Of a stretch of DNA of 64,000 nt, positions 12,901 through 27,900 are shown piece by piece. This stretch comes from Haliotis rubra. Lineage: Eukaryota. The first letter of the stretch is position 1, and each line of letters starts with the position of its first letter. Location of the stretch: contig NW_025767080.1 in NCBI RefSeq assembly GCF_003918875.1, positions 434,001 to 498,000 of the forward strand, given 5' to 3'. Position numbers and translations under genes: made by a program. A model generated the notes under the pieces. That model saw nothing but the letters and a program-made list of their open reading frames with translations, was not told the DNA's origin and made no database searches.

Positions 12901-15900
12901 TGTACAGTATCAAGTATCTCTACTGTAAGGGCAGCTAGGACACAACACACACACACATCCACCTGTCTACCAGTCTACCTGTATGTACACATCTCAGTAC
13001 TCTGGGGTGTACAGTATCAAGTATCTCTACTGTAAGGGCTGCTAGGACACAACACACACACATCCACCTGTCTACCTGTCTACCTGTATATACACATCTC
13101 AGTACTCTGGGGTGTACAGTATCAAGTATCTCTACTGTAAGGGCTGCTAGGACACAACACACATACATCCACCTGTCTACCTGTATGTACACATCTCAGT
13201 ACTCTGGGGTGTACAGTATCAAGTATCTCTACTGTAAGGGCTGCTAGGACACAACACACACACATCCACTTGTCTACCTGTATATAGACATCTCAGTACT
13301 CTGGGGTGTACAGTATCTCTACTGTAAGGGCTGCTAGGACACAACACACATACATCCACCTGTCTACCTGTATATACACATCTCAGTACTCTGGGGTGTA
13401 CAGTATCTCTACTGTAAGGGCTGCTAGGACACAACACACATACATCCACCTGTCTACCTGTATGTACACATCTCAGTACTCTGGGGTGTACAGTATCAAG
13501 TATCTCTACTGTAAGGGCTGCTAGGACACAACACACACACATCCACCTGTCTACCTGTATATACACATCTCAGTACTCTGGGGTGGTGTACAGTATCTCT
13601 ACTGTAAGGGCTGCTAGGACACAACACACATACATCCACCTGTCTACCTGTATGTACACATCTCAGTACTCTGGGGTGTACAGTATCAAGTATCTCTACT
13701 GTAAGGGCTGCTAGGACACAACACACACACATCCACCTGTCTACCTGTATATACACATCTCAGTACTCTGGGGTGTACAGTATCTCTACTGTAAGGGCTG
13801 CTAGGACACAACACACACACATCCACCTGTCTACCTGTATATACACATCTCAGTACTCTGGGGTGTACAGTATCAAGTATCTCTACTGTAAGGGCTGCTA
13901 GGACACAACACACATACATCCACCTGTCTACCTGTATGTACACATCTCAGTACTCTGGGGTGTACAGTATCAAGTATCTCTACTGTAAGGGCTGCTAGGA
14001 CACAACACACACACATCCACCTGTCTACCTGTATATACACATCTCAGTACTCTGGGGTGTACAGTATCTCTACTGTGGGGCTGCTAGGACACAACACACA
14101 TACATCCACCTGTCTACCTGTATATACACATCTCAGTACTCTGGGGTGTACAGTATCTCTACTGTAAGGGCTGCTAGGACACAACACACACACATCCACC
14201 TGTCTACCTGTATATACACATCTCAGTACTCTGGGGTGTACAGTATCTCTACTGTAAGGGCTGCTAGGACACAACACACACACATCCACCTGTCTACCTG
14301 TATATACACATCTCAGTACTCTGGGGTGTACAGTATCAAGTATCTCTACTGTAAGGGCTGCTAGGACACAACACACATACAACCACCTGTCTACCTGTAT
14401 GTACACATCTCAGTACTCTGGGGTGTACAGTATCAAGTATCTCTACTGTAAGGGCTGCTAGGACACAACACACACACATCCACCTGTCTACCTGTATATA
14501 CACATCTCAGTACTCTGGGGTGTACAGTATCTCTACTGTAAGGGCTGCTAGGACACAACACACATACATCCACCTGTCTACCTGTATATACACATCTCAG
14601 TACTCTGGGGTGTACAGTATCTCTACTGTAAGGGCTGCTAGGACACAACACACACACATCCACCTGTCTACCTGTATATACACATCTCAGTACTCTGGGG
14701 TGTACAGTATTTCTACTGTAAGGGCTGCTAGGACACAACACACACACATCCACCTGTCTACCTGTATATACACATCTCAGTACTCTGGGGTGTACAGTAT
14801 CAAGTATCTCTACTGTAAGGGCTGCTAGGACACAACACACACACACACATCCACCTGTCTACCAGTCTACCTGTATGTACACATCTCAGTACTCTGGGGT
14901 GTACAGTATCAAGTTTCTCTACTGTAAGGGCTGCTAGGCTGTCTACCTGTCTACCTGTATATACACATCTCAGTACTCTGGGGTGTACAGTATCAAGTAC
15001 CTCTACTGTAAGGGCTGCTAGGACACAACACACATACATCCACCTGTCTACCCGTATATAGACATCTCAGTACTCTGGGGTGTACAGTATCAAGTATTTC
15101 TACTGTAAGGGCTGCTAGGACACAACACACACACATCCACCTGTCTACCTGTATGTACACATCGCAGTACTCTGGGGTGTACAGTATCAAGTACCTCTAC
15201 TGTAAGGGCTGCTAGGACACAACACACATACATCCACTTGTCTACCCGTATATAGACATCTCAGTACTCTGGGGTGTACAGTATCAAGTATTTCTACTGT
15301 AAGAGCTGCTAGGACACAACACACACACATCCACCTGTCTACCTGTATGTACACATCGCAGTACTCTGGGGTGTACAGTATCAAGTATTTCTACTGTAAG
15401 GGCTGCTAGGAGACAACACACACACATCCATCTGTCTACCTGTCTACCTGTATATACACATCTCAGTACTCTGGGGTGTACAGTATCTCTACTGTAAGGG
15501 CTGCTAGGACACAACACACACACATCCACCTGTCTACCTGTATATACACATCTCAGTACTCTGGGGTGTACAGTATCAAGTATTTCTACTGTAAGGGCTG
15601 CTAGGACACAACACACACACATCCACCTGTCTACCTGTCTATACACATCTCAGTACTCTGGGGTGTACAGTATCAAGTATTTCTACTGTAAGGGCTGCTA
15701 GAACACAACACACATACATCCACCTGTCTACCTGCTATACTACAACTTCTACGTCGTCATGCTTATCAGGCTCAGTTATCAAACTGATTGGTTGCATTTA
15801 TGATCACTGACATATATCGCTATTTCTAGCCATCACTGTGCTATGCTGTGACATGTATATGTGAAATGTAGCTACTTGTGACACAATCTTATAGACATGT

Positions 15901-18900
15901 TGTGAACGTGCAACAACACTATCATGCCACAATCCATGCTAAGATCACCTACTTGTCTGACACATTCAGCATCCTCATAAAGACCTCTATACATGCTACT
16001 GAAGTAACAAGGATTAGTGAGTGAGTGAGTTTAGTTTTAGCAATATTACAGCAATATCACGGTGGTATACACCAGAAATGGGCTTCACACATTGCACTCA
16101 TGTGGGGAATCGAACCCGGATCTTCTACCCCACCGCCCCAACAAGGATTATTAACATATCCGCTATGTATTAATCTCCATGAATTTAAATATACTCTTGT
16201 ATGCAATAACAATAACTTTGAATTAATTCAAATTTGAATAGCAAAGTTCTACATTGAAAATTCATCCCAAATAAGTTCCTTTGTGATTTCTTCTCAGGGA
16301 CTGGAGCATAATATTAGATGTAGGCAGTTATCCCACTATACCTCAGCTTAATGTTGACGGCTTAAAATTTGGGTGAAACCAAAAAGCACTAGTTTGCGAC
16401 GTTAGCAACAAGTCCAAAGCCTGAGGCTAGCAGAGCTCTGTTTGGTCTAGTAAGCTCAGTTCACAACAGCCCACATAATTCATTAAAATAAATTTCTAAA
16501 AATACTTAGTGCCAAGTTCGGGCGAGCAGACAACACCAATGTGTCCAACACAGACTGCAAGCACTAACCTTTACAGGTGACATCCAGCCTCTTACTAGGC
16601 ATATCATTCAAAAATTGTGTCACATTATACACATGAAGACTTGTATTTATCAAATTGTATAATAATACAATTGTGTACTTTTCAATAAATTATTTGATCT
16701 ATTGGATGAAGCACACACAACATTTACTTCCAGCATTAAAGAATTGTTAGGTAATACCCTGGAAACGTATCATTGATTGTGATCCAATATTTCTATGAGA
16801 TATACTACTCAAAAGATGCTTGGGACAATGATGCTTATGGATTGATTATGGTAATATAAAGGAATTTGGTAGTTCTTCACTTCTGTTGTGTAATTCTATA
16901 TCAAGGACCATCAAACAGTTAACAATACAAATTAAACATAAACCAATTTCTGTTTAAGTGACACAAAATATGAGGAAGAGAGAACAGCAATACAAGAAAG
17001 TGACACCACATGCACAGGTGAACAGGCACCACAGCTACTCACGCTCACCTGCTGAAATATGCAAATGAAGGTCAAGGTCATGACTGAGACACACAAAAAC
17101 AAAGCTTGTTAGAAATACAGTACTGAAAACCAAAATAACCATCCATGTCTCTGTGACCCTATCATAGAAATCATTTGTTAAAGGAAGCCATTGACAGATA
17201 CCCAGCATGAATCCTGATTGCAGTACAATTAACTGCTTTCTTGCAAACAATAATGGTGTGATAACAGAGTGGACATGTATATAGGAAACCTAATTCTTAC
17301 ATATTACTATGCTTAATCTGCAATATGTCACATCGTCAACCTCTTTTGGCAGATGACAGAATCAGATTGTCCTTATCTTTCGTTATAGAATTAATCAAAA
17401 AGCAATAACACTCCAAAATAGCACAATAATGTTTAGCCTTGTTTTGAAATTCATCAGAGCTTGGAATGAGCGGTCAATGGCTACCTTAAATTTAGTGAAT
17501 GTTGAGGTTTTACGCCATACCAAACATGTTGATTACAAGAACGCAGAATGATGCCTTGTTTAACACTTTGGTGAGGTCCTAAAGCATGGTTAACCTACTG
17601 ACAGACTACAGAACACAACCAGCAGATCCTGGCCGAGCCAAGGAATGCCCCTCTTCACAGCAAATTGCAGCCTTAGAAGATTAAGTGTTCAGTGCCCGTC
17701 ATACTTTAAGACATGCTTTGATTAGTATTGATTACATATTTACTTGGTTTATATTTGCAATTGTGTTAGAAATATGATTATTTCTTGCCAGGGCTCAACT
17801 GTAAAACATAATAAAGGAGGAATCTGGCATGCTTCGGAGCCATTAGTGCTGACACAGTACACATAAAAACAGATGGTGCAAGTCTTCAGAAAAAGCAAGT
17901 TTTGCAGTCATAAAATTTAAGTCACACAAAAGGAGAGCGAAACTCATCAGATGAAATTACATAATGGTTGTTACACAGCTAACACAATATTTTCACCATA
18001 CACTTTACAGTTTGATTCCTGTTGATCTGGGCCCTGTACCACACAAGCAGTGTTAGAACTACAGCCCTAGTGCTGACATGAAACTGCTCAATGGGAGTGG
18101 GGCCTGAATGATCCATACTGCCAATATATGCATCATTACATTGCCTGGTCCATTCATAGTCAAAAACAACACACAAGTTTACCTTGTGGAGAGTGAGGCT
18201 TTTATTTAGTGAGTGAGTGAGTGAGTTATTATTTAACGTCACAACTTTTATTTAGGAAACAATAACCCTACAGTACTAAACTGACCCAGCACTATGAGCA
18301 GGCAGGGAAGGGCAGGTCCCCCTTACCAAGGCATGTGGTTCCCTACAATCAGATGTTTCTCCAGAATCACAATCTCTGCTGGTGTTCTAGTGTGTGTATA
18401 CAAGGTGTGGTTAAGCCTGCTACAACCCATTAGCCAGCACTGGTTATTTCAGGTTAGGATGCTCTGCATATGCATTCATCTGTGAATGTTCTATGCATGC
18501 TGTGTATGATTAGTGTACCGGTACATGTTATAGTATGATCCATGTATGCTCTGTATCATACAAGTACCAAATAATGACTATGCAGCATGATTATATATCA
18601 TGAGGGGGAACATTCTTTCCGTAATTTACAACTACTATTATAATCTATGGTTCCATCACCTAGCATGTGACAAAATATGACATTATTTACCAACAGAATA
18701 CTACATCATGTTAAGAAAAACGGTTAATTTCTATCTTCTAACCAACATCAAATCTACTCTACAGATGGCTTCTGTTATAACTGTTTGTTAATTTCTCAAT
18801 TTATTTTGTTAAAACTTGATGGTATTTTTTGGCCTTTGAGCTTTACTGTGAAAAAATCGTCAATATTTTCTGTACCTTATGGTTGTATTCATACACTTCT

Positions 18901-21900
18901 CTTAATACACTCAACAATACAACCAAGAGCTCTACAAATAGTACACCTCCAGAGTCTATACCCTGACCAATGCTAAACCCTAAAGTCTCCCTCTCTACTT
19001 ACTTCTCCTACTAATACTGGGGTCCACTTCCACTCCCTTCTCGTAGGGCGTACCTCCATTCATCTGCAGCTCGCAGGTCCTGCAGCCAAATCAAAGTGTC
19101 ACAGTGAACACAGAGGGGAAGGAATTAAAGTCAACAACATGTCAGTATGTCATGATGCAGGGAGATCAGCTACCTCCAGGTGTACATCCATCATACTGTC
19201 TACATACAGTAGACATGATACAGTCACTACAGGCAAGATGCTGTAAGACAACTACTGTTTGTAATCAGATTTATATACTCCTCACACAAAAAAATGCAAC
19301 AACAAGTTGAAATGCAAGCATACAAAAACAAGGAAAGACACACATGGTTCACTGTGTGATAAAGTGAGTGAGTGAGTTGGGTTCAACACTGTTCTGAACA
19401 GTATGTCAGTTATATCACAGGGTGTCAGTTTCTTGTGGCCAATACATGTGGCCTAATGAAGTTCCTCGATACACTACTATTGGCTACCTACTTATTTGTG
19501 ATGACTGTGCCAGTCTGGTCCAATAAAGGAAGATGGGCCCAGCCACAGCTGAACTCTCCTTTCTCATCGGTGCTCTGCAATAATACCACAGCCTCAAATA
19601 TCGAGCCAACTGCACAATCTATATGAAGGATGTGAGCATTATAAAACAATATGGCTTCATTTCTATACCACTTTATTTGGTAATTTCAATCTCAACAAAC
19701 GGTAGGGTACAAAGGACAATATATTCCCTCAGTAGCAGACCACTGATGCCATTGCACTCAAAAACAACAAGGTATTAAACTTCCCATCAACAGCACAGAC
19801 TTTATTACATTACATTCGGAATGGCTTGTTTATATTATTTTATGAAACACCTATCACACCTTTCTGTGGAGGGTTTTGGAAATCTTCTTGCAAACAGGTA
19901 TCATATCCATGTCAACTAACTGATACTAAGGACAATGAAGGACACTGGTTAATAATTAAACAACATTAAACAACAGCCAGGTGGAACATTCAATGTATGA
20001 TGTGGTGAGCCAGCAGATATTGCATTAACTCAACATCGAGAAGGCTTCCGTCCAATTGTTGGCACAGTAGGCAAGTAAGTGAATGCTATTTGAGTTATAT
20101 CACAGCCCGCCAACATGATGAGAGAGGAAAGACTGCAGGTGTGCAACAGCCAGGGTCAGGTCACAACATGTGTACATACGGTGCTGACAAATCTAGGTTA
20201 ATATGGATGAACTGGGCTTCAAACCAATTATGATAGACTTCTGGCAGCCCAAGTGACAACTCTTTACAGTATATTGTTGCTAAATGTGTGAGGCAGTGTC
20301 TTCTCTTTCATTAGATGGACAAAGAAAACCTCTGATCACTTCGATACTCTCAATTCAACATATCTATGGCTTACCGTTCTGACGTAAGACACACACAGCT
20401 CAAACAGTATACCTGGAAAAGTTTTAAGCATTAAGATTTATATACAAATGCTAAATGTTCACATGTCTATAAGTTACACTTATTGACAACAATATGGAAC
20501 TCTATCATTATATTTGTATCTGTGATATCAGAATCAAATATGATTGTCTGAATGCTCTTCCCACAGTGAACTGAAGCGTCTCAATGCTTATCACATAACA
20601 TGACCTCCTCTAGAGAATGATGGAGGTGTCATGAGACGTTGATACAGATAGGTATTTGAGTTAAACATCTGATGTTAATGAGATTGTCACTCAGGTATGC
20701 TGCAACGGTCCACTCACCAAGGTTGTCGACAGTGTTGTTGGTGCGGACAAATGTCTCAGCATGATAGTAGGGGTCCATGGCATCAGATACCTGAACACAG
20801 TTTACAAACATGTTTACCAATATTTTCATTCAGTGTACATTGCACGGCGTATGGTACATAATTGGAGATTTTTATAAAGCGCACAGAAACCGGAATATGA
20901 GAAAGGAAAAGATATTAAATTCAATAAAGATTTGACTAGGTTCGGAAAGGTATTCTAAACAACAGATAAAAAATGTAGAAAATGACGACAGCAATGTTAA
21001 AGAAAGAAATTCCAGGATATTGGTACAAATGTATGCCTGGTACCCGTGTGGTAAAGGACCAGGTTCTCTGTGACTTGTCGACAGCGGACACCTTCACTGT
21101 GTGAATGTTGCTCAGCATCTGTAACACAACACAACATCAATGTGAGGTTGATTGTGTCCCTCAGATACAATCACCAAATGATGATTATATTGTCACGATG
21201 CATAATGCGATCACTTGTTCCCAATGCATTGTGCAGAACTTCAGTATAAATGTAATTGTGATGTGTCAAAAAGCAGACTATTTTTGCAGATATCAAATGT
21301 TCATAGTTTTCCAGTAAAGCACTAATGCTAGATCAGACAGAATTATATTTGACTTCAAATTCAAGCTAAATATGTTTAGTTGGTGAAGAATGACATAATG
21401 TGAGAACCTACCGTATGGCCTTCAAACAGACACATTCTCACGTGTCTACTCAGCACAGTCATACCTGGGAATACAAGAAAAACTTTCCTTAACACTAATT
21501 CATAATAGTATTCAAACAATAAAAACAATATATGTTGCATACTACCACTTGATGACTAGGTACAGATTTTCTTTCTTTGTCTTACTAAGTGTGCCTCTAC
21601 CTTATCCCAGCAAAAGTTTACCCCTGATGAATAATACAAACAAACTAGTTCAACATAACAAGTCTACTGTACTGCCACAAGCAGTTTGACATACGGGTTC
21701 CAGGCACACACTCATATACTGTGACAGACTGTCTGGCACCCATTTAAGGTCCAAATGTGACAGTCACGTTGCAGACAACTTTCTGTGACAGAAAGTCATA
21801 CTGTTGCTGACAGTCATAATTTAGGATACAGAGTGTGATATACAGACACTGACCTGAACCAGGAGGTGGGATCTGCTGACAGGGATACAGAGTGTGATAT

Positions 21901-24900
21901 ACAGAGACACTGACCTGAACCAGGAGGTGGGATCTGCTGACAGGGATACAGAGTGTGATATACAGAGACACTGACCTGAACCAGGAGGTGGGATCTGCTG
22001 ACAGGGATACAGAGTGTGATATACAGAGACACTGACCTGAACCAGGAGGTGGGATCTGCTGACAGGGATACAGAGTGTGATATACAGAGACACTGACCTG
22101 AACCAGGAGGTGGGATCTGCTGACAGGGATACAGAGTGTGATATACAGAGACACTGACCTGATCCAGGAGGTGGGATCTGCTGACAGGGATACAGAGTGT
22201 GATATACAGAGACACTGACCTGATCCAGGAGGTGGGATCTGCTGACAGGGATACAGAGTGTGATATACAGAGACACTGACCTGAACCAGGAGGTGGGATC
22301 TGCTGACAGGGATACAGAGTGTGATATACAGAGACACTGACCTGAACCAGGAGGTGGGATCTGCTGACAGGGATACAGAGTGTGATATACAGAGACACTG
22401 ACCTGATCCAGGAGGTGGGATCTGCTGACAGGGATACAGAGTGTGATATACAGAGACACTGACCTGAACCAGGAGGTGGGATCTACTGACAGGGATACAG
22501 AGTGTGATATACAGAGACACTGACCTGATCCAGGAGGTGGGATCTGCTGACAGGGATACAGAGTGTGATATACAGAGACACTGACCTGAACCAGGAGGTG
22601 GGATCTACTGACAGGGATACAGAGTGTGATATACAGAGACACTGACCTGATCCAGGAGGTGGGATCTGCTGACAGGGATACAGAGTGTGATATACAGAGA
22701 CACTGACCTGAACCAGGAGGTGGGATCTGCTGACAGGGATACAGAGTGTGATATACAGAGACACTGACCTGAACCAGGAGGTGGGGTGGGATCTGCTGAC
22801 AGGGATACAGAGTGTGATATACAGAGACACTGACCTGAACCAGGAGGTGGGATCTGCTGACAGGGATACAGAGTGTGATATACAGAGACACTGACCTGAA
22901 CCAGGAGGTGGGATCTGCTGACAGGGATACAGAGTGTGATATACAGAGACACTGACCTGATCCAGGAGGTGGGATCTGCTGACAGGGATACAGAGTGTGA
23001 TATACAGAGACACTGACCTGATCCAGGAGGTGGGATCTGCTGACAGGGATACAGAGTGTGATATACAGAGACACTGACCTGATCCAGGAGGTGGGATCTG
23101 CTGACAGGGATACAGAGTGTGATATACAGAGACACTGACCTGAACCAGGAGGTGGGATCTGCTGACAGGGATACAGAGTGTGATATACAGAGACACTGAC
23201 CTGATCCAGGAGGTGGGATCTGCTGACAGGGATACAGAGTGTGATATACAGAGACACTGACCTGAACCAGGAGGTGGGATCTGCTGACAGGGATACAGAG
23301 TGTGATATACAGAGACACTGACCTGAACCAGGAGGTGGGATCTGCTGACAGGGATACAGAGTGTGATATACAGAGACACTGACCTGATCCAGGAGGTGGG
23401 ATCTGCTGACAGGGATACAGAGTGTGATATACAGAGACACTGACCTGATCCAGGAGGTGGGATCTGCTGACAGGGATACAGAGTGTGATATACAGAGACA
23501 CTGACCTGAACCAGGAGGTGGGATCTGCTGACAGGGATACAGAGTGTGATATACAGAGACACTGACCTGAACCAGGAGGTGGGATCTGCTGACAGGGATA
23601 CAGAGTGTGATATACAGAGACACTGACCTGAACCAGGAGGTGGGATCTGCTGACAGGGATACAGAGTGTGATATACAGAGACACTGACCTGAACCAGGAG
23701 GTGGGATCTGCTGACAGGGATACAGAGTGTGATATACAGAGACACTGACCTGATCCAGGAGGTGGGATCTGCTGACAGGACACTAAAGTCACCACTCTGT
23801 CAACACGGGCTATGCGAGGCCGAATCTGTGAGGAGGAACCACATAGCTCACATGAACTGTTTCAAACACACTAACATCATAACAAGCCTCTATATACCAC
23901 ATGATATAGAGAAGCATGAAAAGGTAGAGGATCACAATGAAGTAGATGTCAGTATAATGATCTTATGTATGTTCACTACCTGCTGACTTTAAACACATTT
24001 CAGCAATACCTCTTCATGTCAACAATTTGGACAGCCGTTAATACCATTTGCTGACAAACCAAGTATCATATTCAAGTCAAATCTGGGAACAAAACGCATG
24101 ACAACAGATACTGACACTGGTAAGGGACACAATTCTACCTTGTAGGTTGCAATATGCTAGATGCATCAGCCAGTCATTGTTGAGGAGGGAACTTACCTTG
24201 TTGGTCATTGGATCAAAGAACAGATCTCTGTATGTGAGGTTTGATGCACTCAGCTTCGGAGACATGTAGTTTCTCATCCGGAAAGTATCACCTACAATAA
24301 AGCAAACATTATGACTCTGTAGAGGACTAACACACAGTTTCACTACACTATGCATGCTGTATAAGACGTTCATACATTGTTCACAAATTTACCATCTATT
24401 TACCATCAAAACCTATTGCATGCAGTATCCATGAAGTATTATCAAAGAGTTATCAACCATGGCAGCTTGATTGTTCAAACAGTTCCTAGAAGTCTGCCTG
24501 TACCTTTATAAGTGAGTGAGTGAGTATGGTTTAATGCCGCTTTTAGCAATATTCCAGCAATATCACGGCGGGTGATACCAGAAATGGGCTTCACATATTG
24601 TACCCATGTGGGGAATCGAACCCGGGTCTTCGGGTGACGAGCCAACACTTTAACCTCCAGTTTACCCCACTTCCCCGTACCTATATAAGAGTGACAGGAG
24701 GGTGTTCCAAGTGCGAATTAGAAATAGATATCTGAAAACACTGAATTTATGCACCCAACTCTATTATACATATAAGAACAGAGACAGGCCAGACATATAT
24801 TGTAGTGACAGCTACCTACAGGACCATGATGCCTCATTTTCAAAATAAAACATTGTCAAGACCCTGACTCAACATCACTGAGTCTAAATGTCAGGATCAA

Positions 24901-27900
24901 ATACATGGATGTCAAAACTACTCAACACAAACCTTCATTGAAAACCCGTGACAAAGTTGATGGTCTGAATCCAGACGGAACAGCTCCCATAGCCTGAAGG
25001 ACATCAGACACAGTCGTCTGTGGAAATATGTGAATGATTGATTGAATGAATGGAAAGTAACCATTCCAATAAAATGATCTGTAAACTCGTAAAATGTGAA
25101 ACAGATCCAAAACACATGTAATTTGTCAAAAGGACTGTGCAGATGACTATGAACACTAGGTTAACAGCATGGAATTCTGGGTAGGAAAATTGCAATATGT
25201 CTAATGTGGCTGCCACCCGTGCTTGTTTTGAAAATGTTGATATGTTGATGGCTGGATATTCAACCTCCAATGTGTGGAATCCATGTTGACATAGGCTCCC
25301 AAGTTTTCACATTGTGGATCATGGATCAACCGATCTCAGTGACTTAAGAGTGTCACCATAACCCAATGCCACAGGTCACTGCTAAAGATATCCGTCACAG
25401 GTTGGTCTGGTTGAGACTTTTGTGTTTACAGCCATTGTCACATATCTGGAAACTCTCAGTGAAATGAAAGATGCTGTTGATCCAAATGAAATCACAAATG
25501 GTAATTACCTCAGATGTGAAATCATAGAAGGAATTGATCTCAGTGAAATCACAGATGGAACTTATTGCTTAGAAATCAGAGAAAGAATAGATCCAAGTGA
25601 AATTACAAATGGTACAAATCCTGTCCTGAGCTCACCTGCACAGAAGAATCCTAGTATTTATGGCCATGCCCATACTCTAACAGCTGAGTTCAGCATAAAA
25701 CTAAACTCACTCACCACACTCCAACGATGACCTAAGATAGTTGTAGCACTAAGATTGCTTTGTGCAAGTGGGCCCTGGACAATGATATTAGCATGATGCT
25801 GACACCTACCTCCTTCACTGCTTTCCTTATACCTCCCCATAGCTTCTTAGCTCTGAAATTATAATGAAACATGTTTCAAAACATAACCAGAATTTTTTAC
25901 AATCTCATAAAATCACACCTTGCACTCCAGTTCCATAACTCTCAGCCAGAGGAGGATCTGAGGTTACCTCCAGAAGAGGTAACACCAAGTGACCTTTCTA
26001 ATCAGCCAGTCAGCATGAAGGATTCTAAATTCAGTATGAGTGAGCTCAGCCTTCAGACCTGTGTGTCTGATTTCTTTTGCTTGAAAAAAAATTGAAACAA
26101 CACATTTGTATTGTTGATAATGGACACCTAGACATTAAGATATGTTCTCTATCCCCTTGAATATAAGCAGCATGACAATTACACCCATCAGGGAGGAGGA
26201 TTGATAGAATATTTGTGTTTTGTGTGGGCTTTTGCTTGTATAAATGAAAACTGCAGACACAGGGTGTTTAGGATCCTAGCTAGATCTGAGTAGCTCAGGA
26301 ACATGAATATCCTCCATTTGGATTGGGCAGTTTGCTCAGGATTCTACAGACCTTCTACAGTGGTGTCATCACATCTTGTGGCAGGGGGGCACATTATCAC
26401 AAATGGTGAAGCCCTAAGCAAGAGCATATCTTTGATAGACCAGGATTGTACTTGGGCCTGGTCTCAGATCAGTGATCATAATAGCTACATCTTTGACCAT
26501 GAGGCCACAAAAGACGTTTATATGTCCTTCTTTGCTTGTGCGTGACAGGAATGATGAACAATACGATCTTCTAAATCAACTCAGTTTGACTTTGAGTGTG
26601 GCTGATTTTAAACTCCTAAAATTAATTTGAAATTGAGGATGCTAAACCCGAAGCAACATATTGTGATTTGAATGAATCCTTTGATCAGTCAGATCACAGC
26701 ATATCAAAGAAATCTCGAGTCTCTTTGAGTTTTGCTATGGGCAACACTTTATCAAAGACTGACTGACTGATTTTTGGTTTTACGCCGCTTTTAGCAATAT
26801 TCCAGCAACATCACGGCGGGGGACACCAGAAATGGGCTTCACACATAGTACCCATGTGGAGATTCGAACCCGGGTCTTCAGCGTGACGAGCCAACGCTTT
26901 AACCACCAGGCTACCCCCACCGCCCCCTTTATCAAAGAGGTCAAATCCAACTACTCACCTGGCTGATTTGGGTTTCTCCTCACCATCAGCAGCATCTTCA
27001 TCTTCTTCTTCCTCGTCTTCCTCTGTGATAACATCATAGTACATTAGTTTTAATACTTTAAGTTTTGGTAACTATCGGACAGTGTGACAAGTGAATGAGT
27101 GAGATATACACTGCCTTGAACAATATTTCATATCACTGGATGTCAGCTTTAGGAAGGATGAAAACTCACAGTGATGCACGTTATGGATGTTGACTATGTT
27201 TGATGAAACCTGGAAGTACAGGAATGGTACTGACCAACCTAGAAACATAATCAGGAAATTCTGGGATTCAATTCCTATGTTTCTGGAAGTCCTTTTCTAC
27301 ACAGCAAATTGTGTAATCTCAGATGATGCATCCGTGGAACTCACTTGATACGAAAATACCTCGATCTGCAACTGATGGCAGCATACTGAATGTGCTGCCT
27401 TTAACACCAGTGTGACCAATATTTAATTAACATCATGCTGTATCAGTTTGACGGGAGAGGAAATCTCAAAGTGATGCAGATCTTAGCGCTTTTATACATT
27501 GATGAACCCAAAAGCACAGGTATGATGCTGACAAACCTTGAAACGATCAAAGTAAACTGGGATTCAGACCACATAGCGTTCTGTCACATCCAAGGGAAAT
27601 AACTCTGCTGTCCAACCCTTCCCTTCTACTATATCAGTAACCAGATCAGGAAGTATTATGTTGGTTTGAAGAGTTGGAAGTTAGGGTTTGTTTCCAACTT
27701 CCAGAGAAAATGTAAGATATATGAGAGATACATAATAATTATCATAATCATCCTGACTTACCATCGTCTTGCTGGACAGACTTGAACTTATTGTGCATCT
27801 GTAAACAATACAGCTTACATTATACAAACAGATAAACATCTAGCATGACAGATACTAATTCCAACTTTCAGAAGAATGAAATTGTGACACCCAGGTAGCA

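Noticed and set aside
12115-15735. CRISPR-like regular array and many short ORFs
   Set aside because: Units are contiguous with no unique spacers, the context is a eukaryotic intron, and there are no cas genes.
21744-23795. ORFs of 194-600 aa on the minus strand
   Set aside because: They are translations of the 61-bp tandem unit in all three frames. Only 23750-23825 is a real exon.
25422-25730. 102-aa plus-strand ORF with three DPxEITxG repeats
   Set aside because: A degenerate ~60-bp tandem triplication antisense within an NPHP1 intron, with no supported start or splice context.
26855-26926. tRNA gene
   Set aside because: A and B boxes are present but continue into a SINE body and tail bounded by a TSD, and multiple diverged copies exist.
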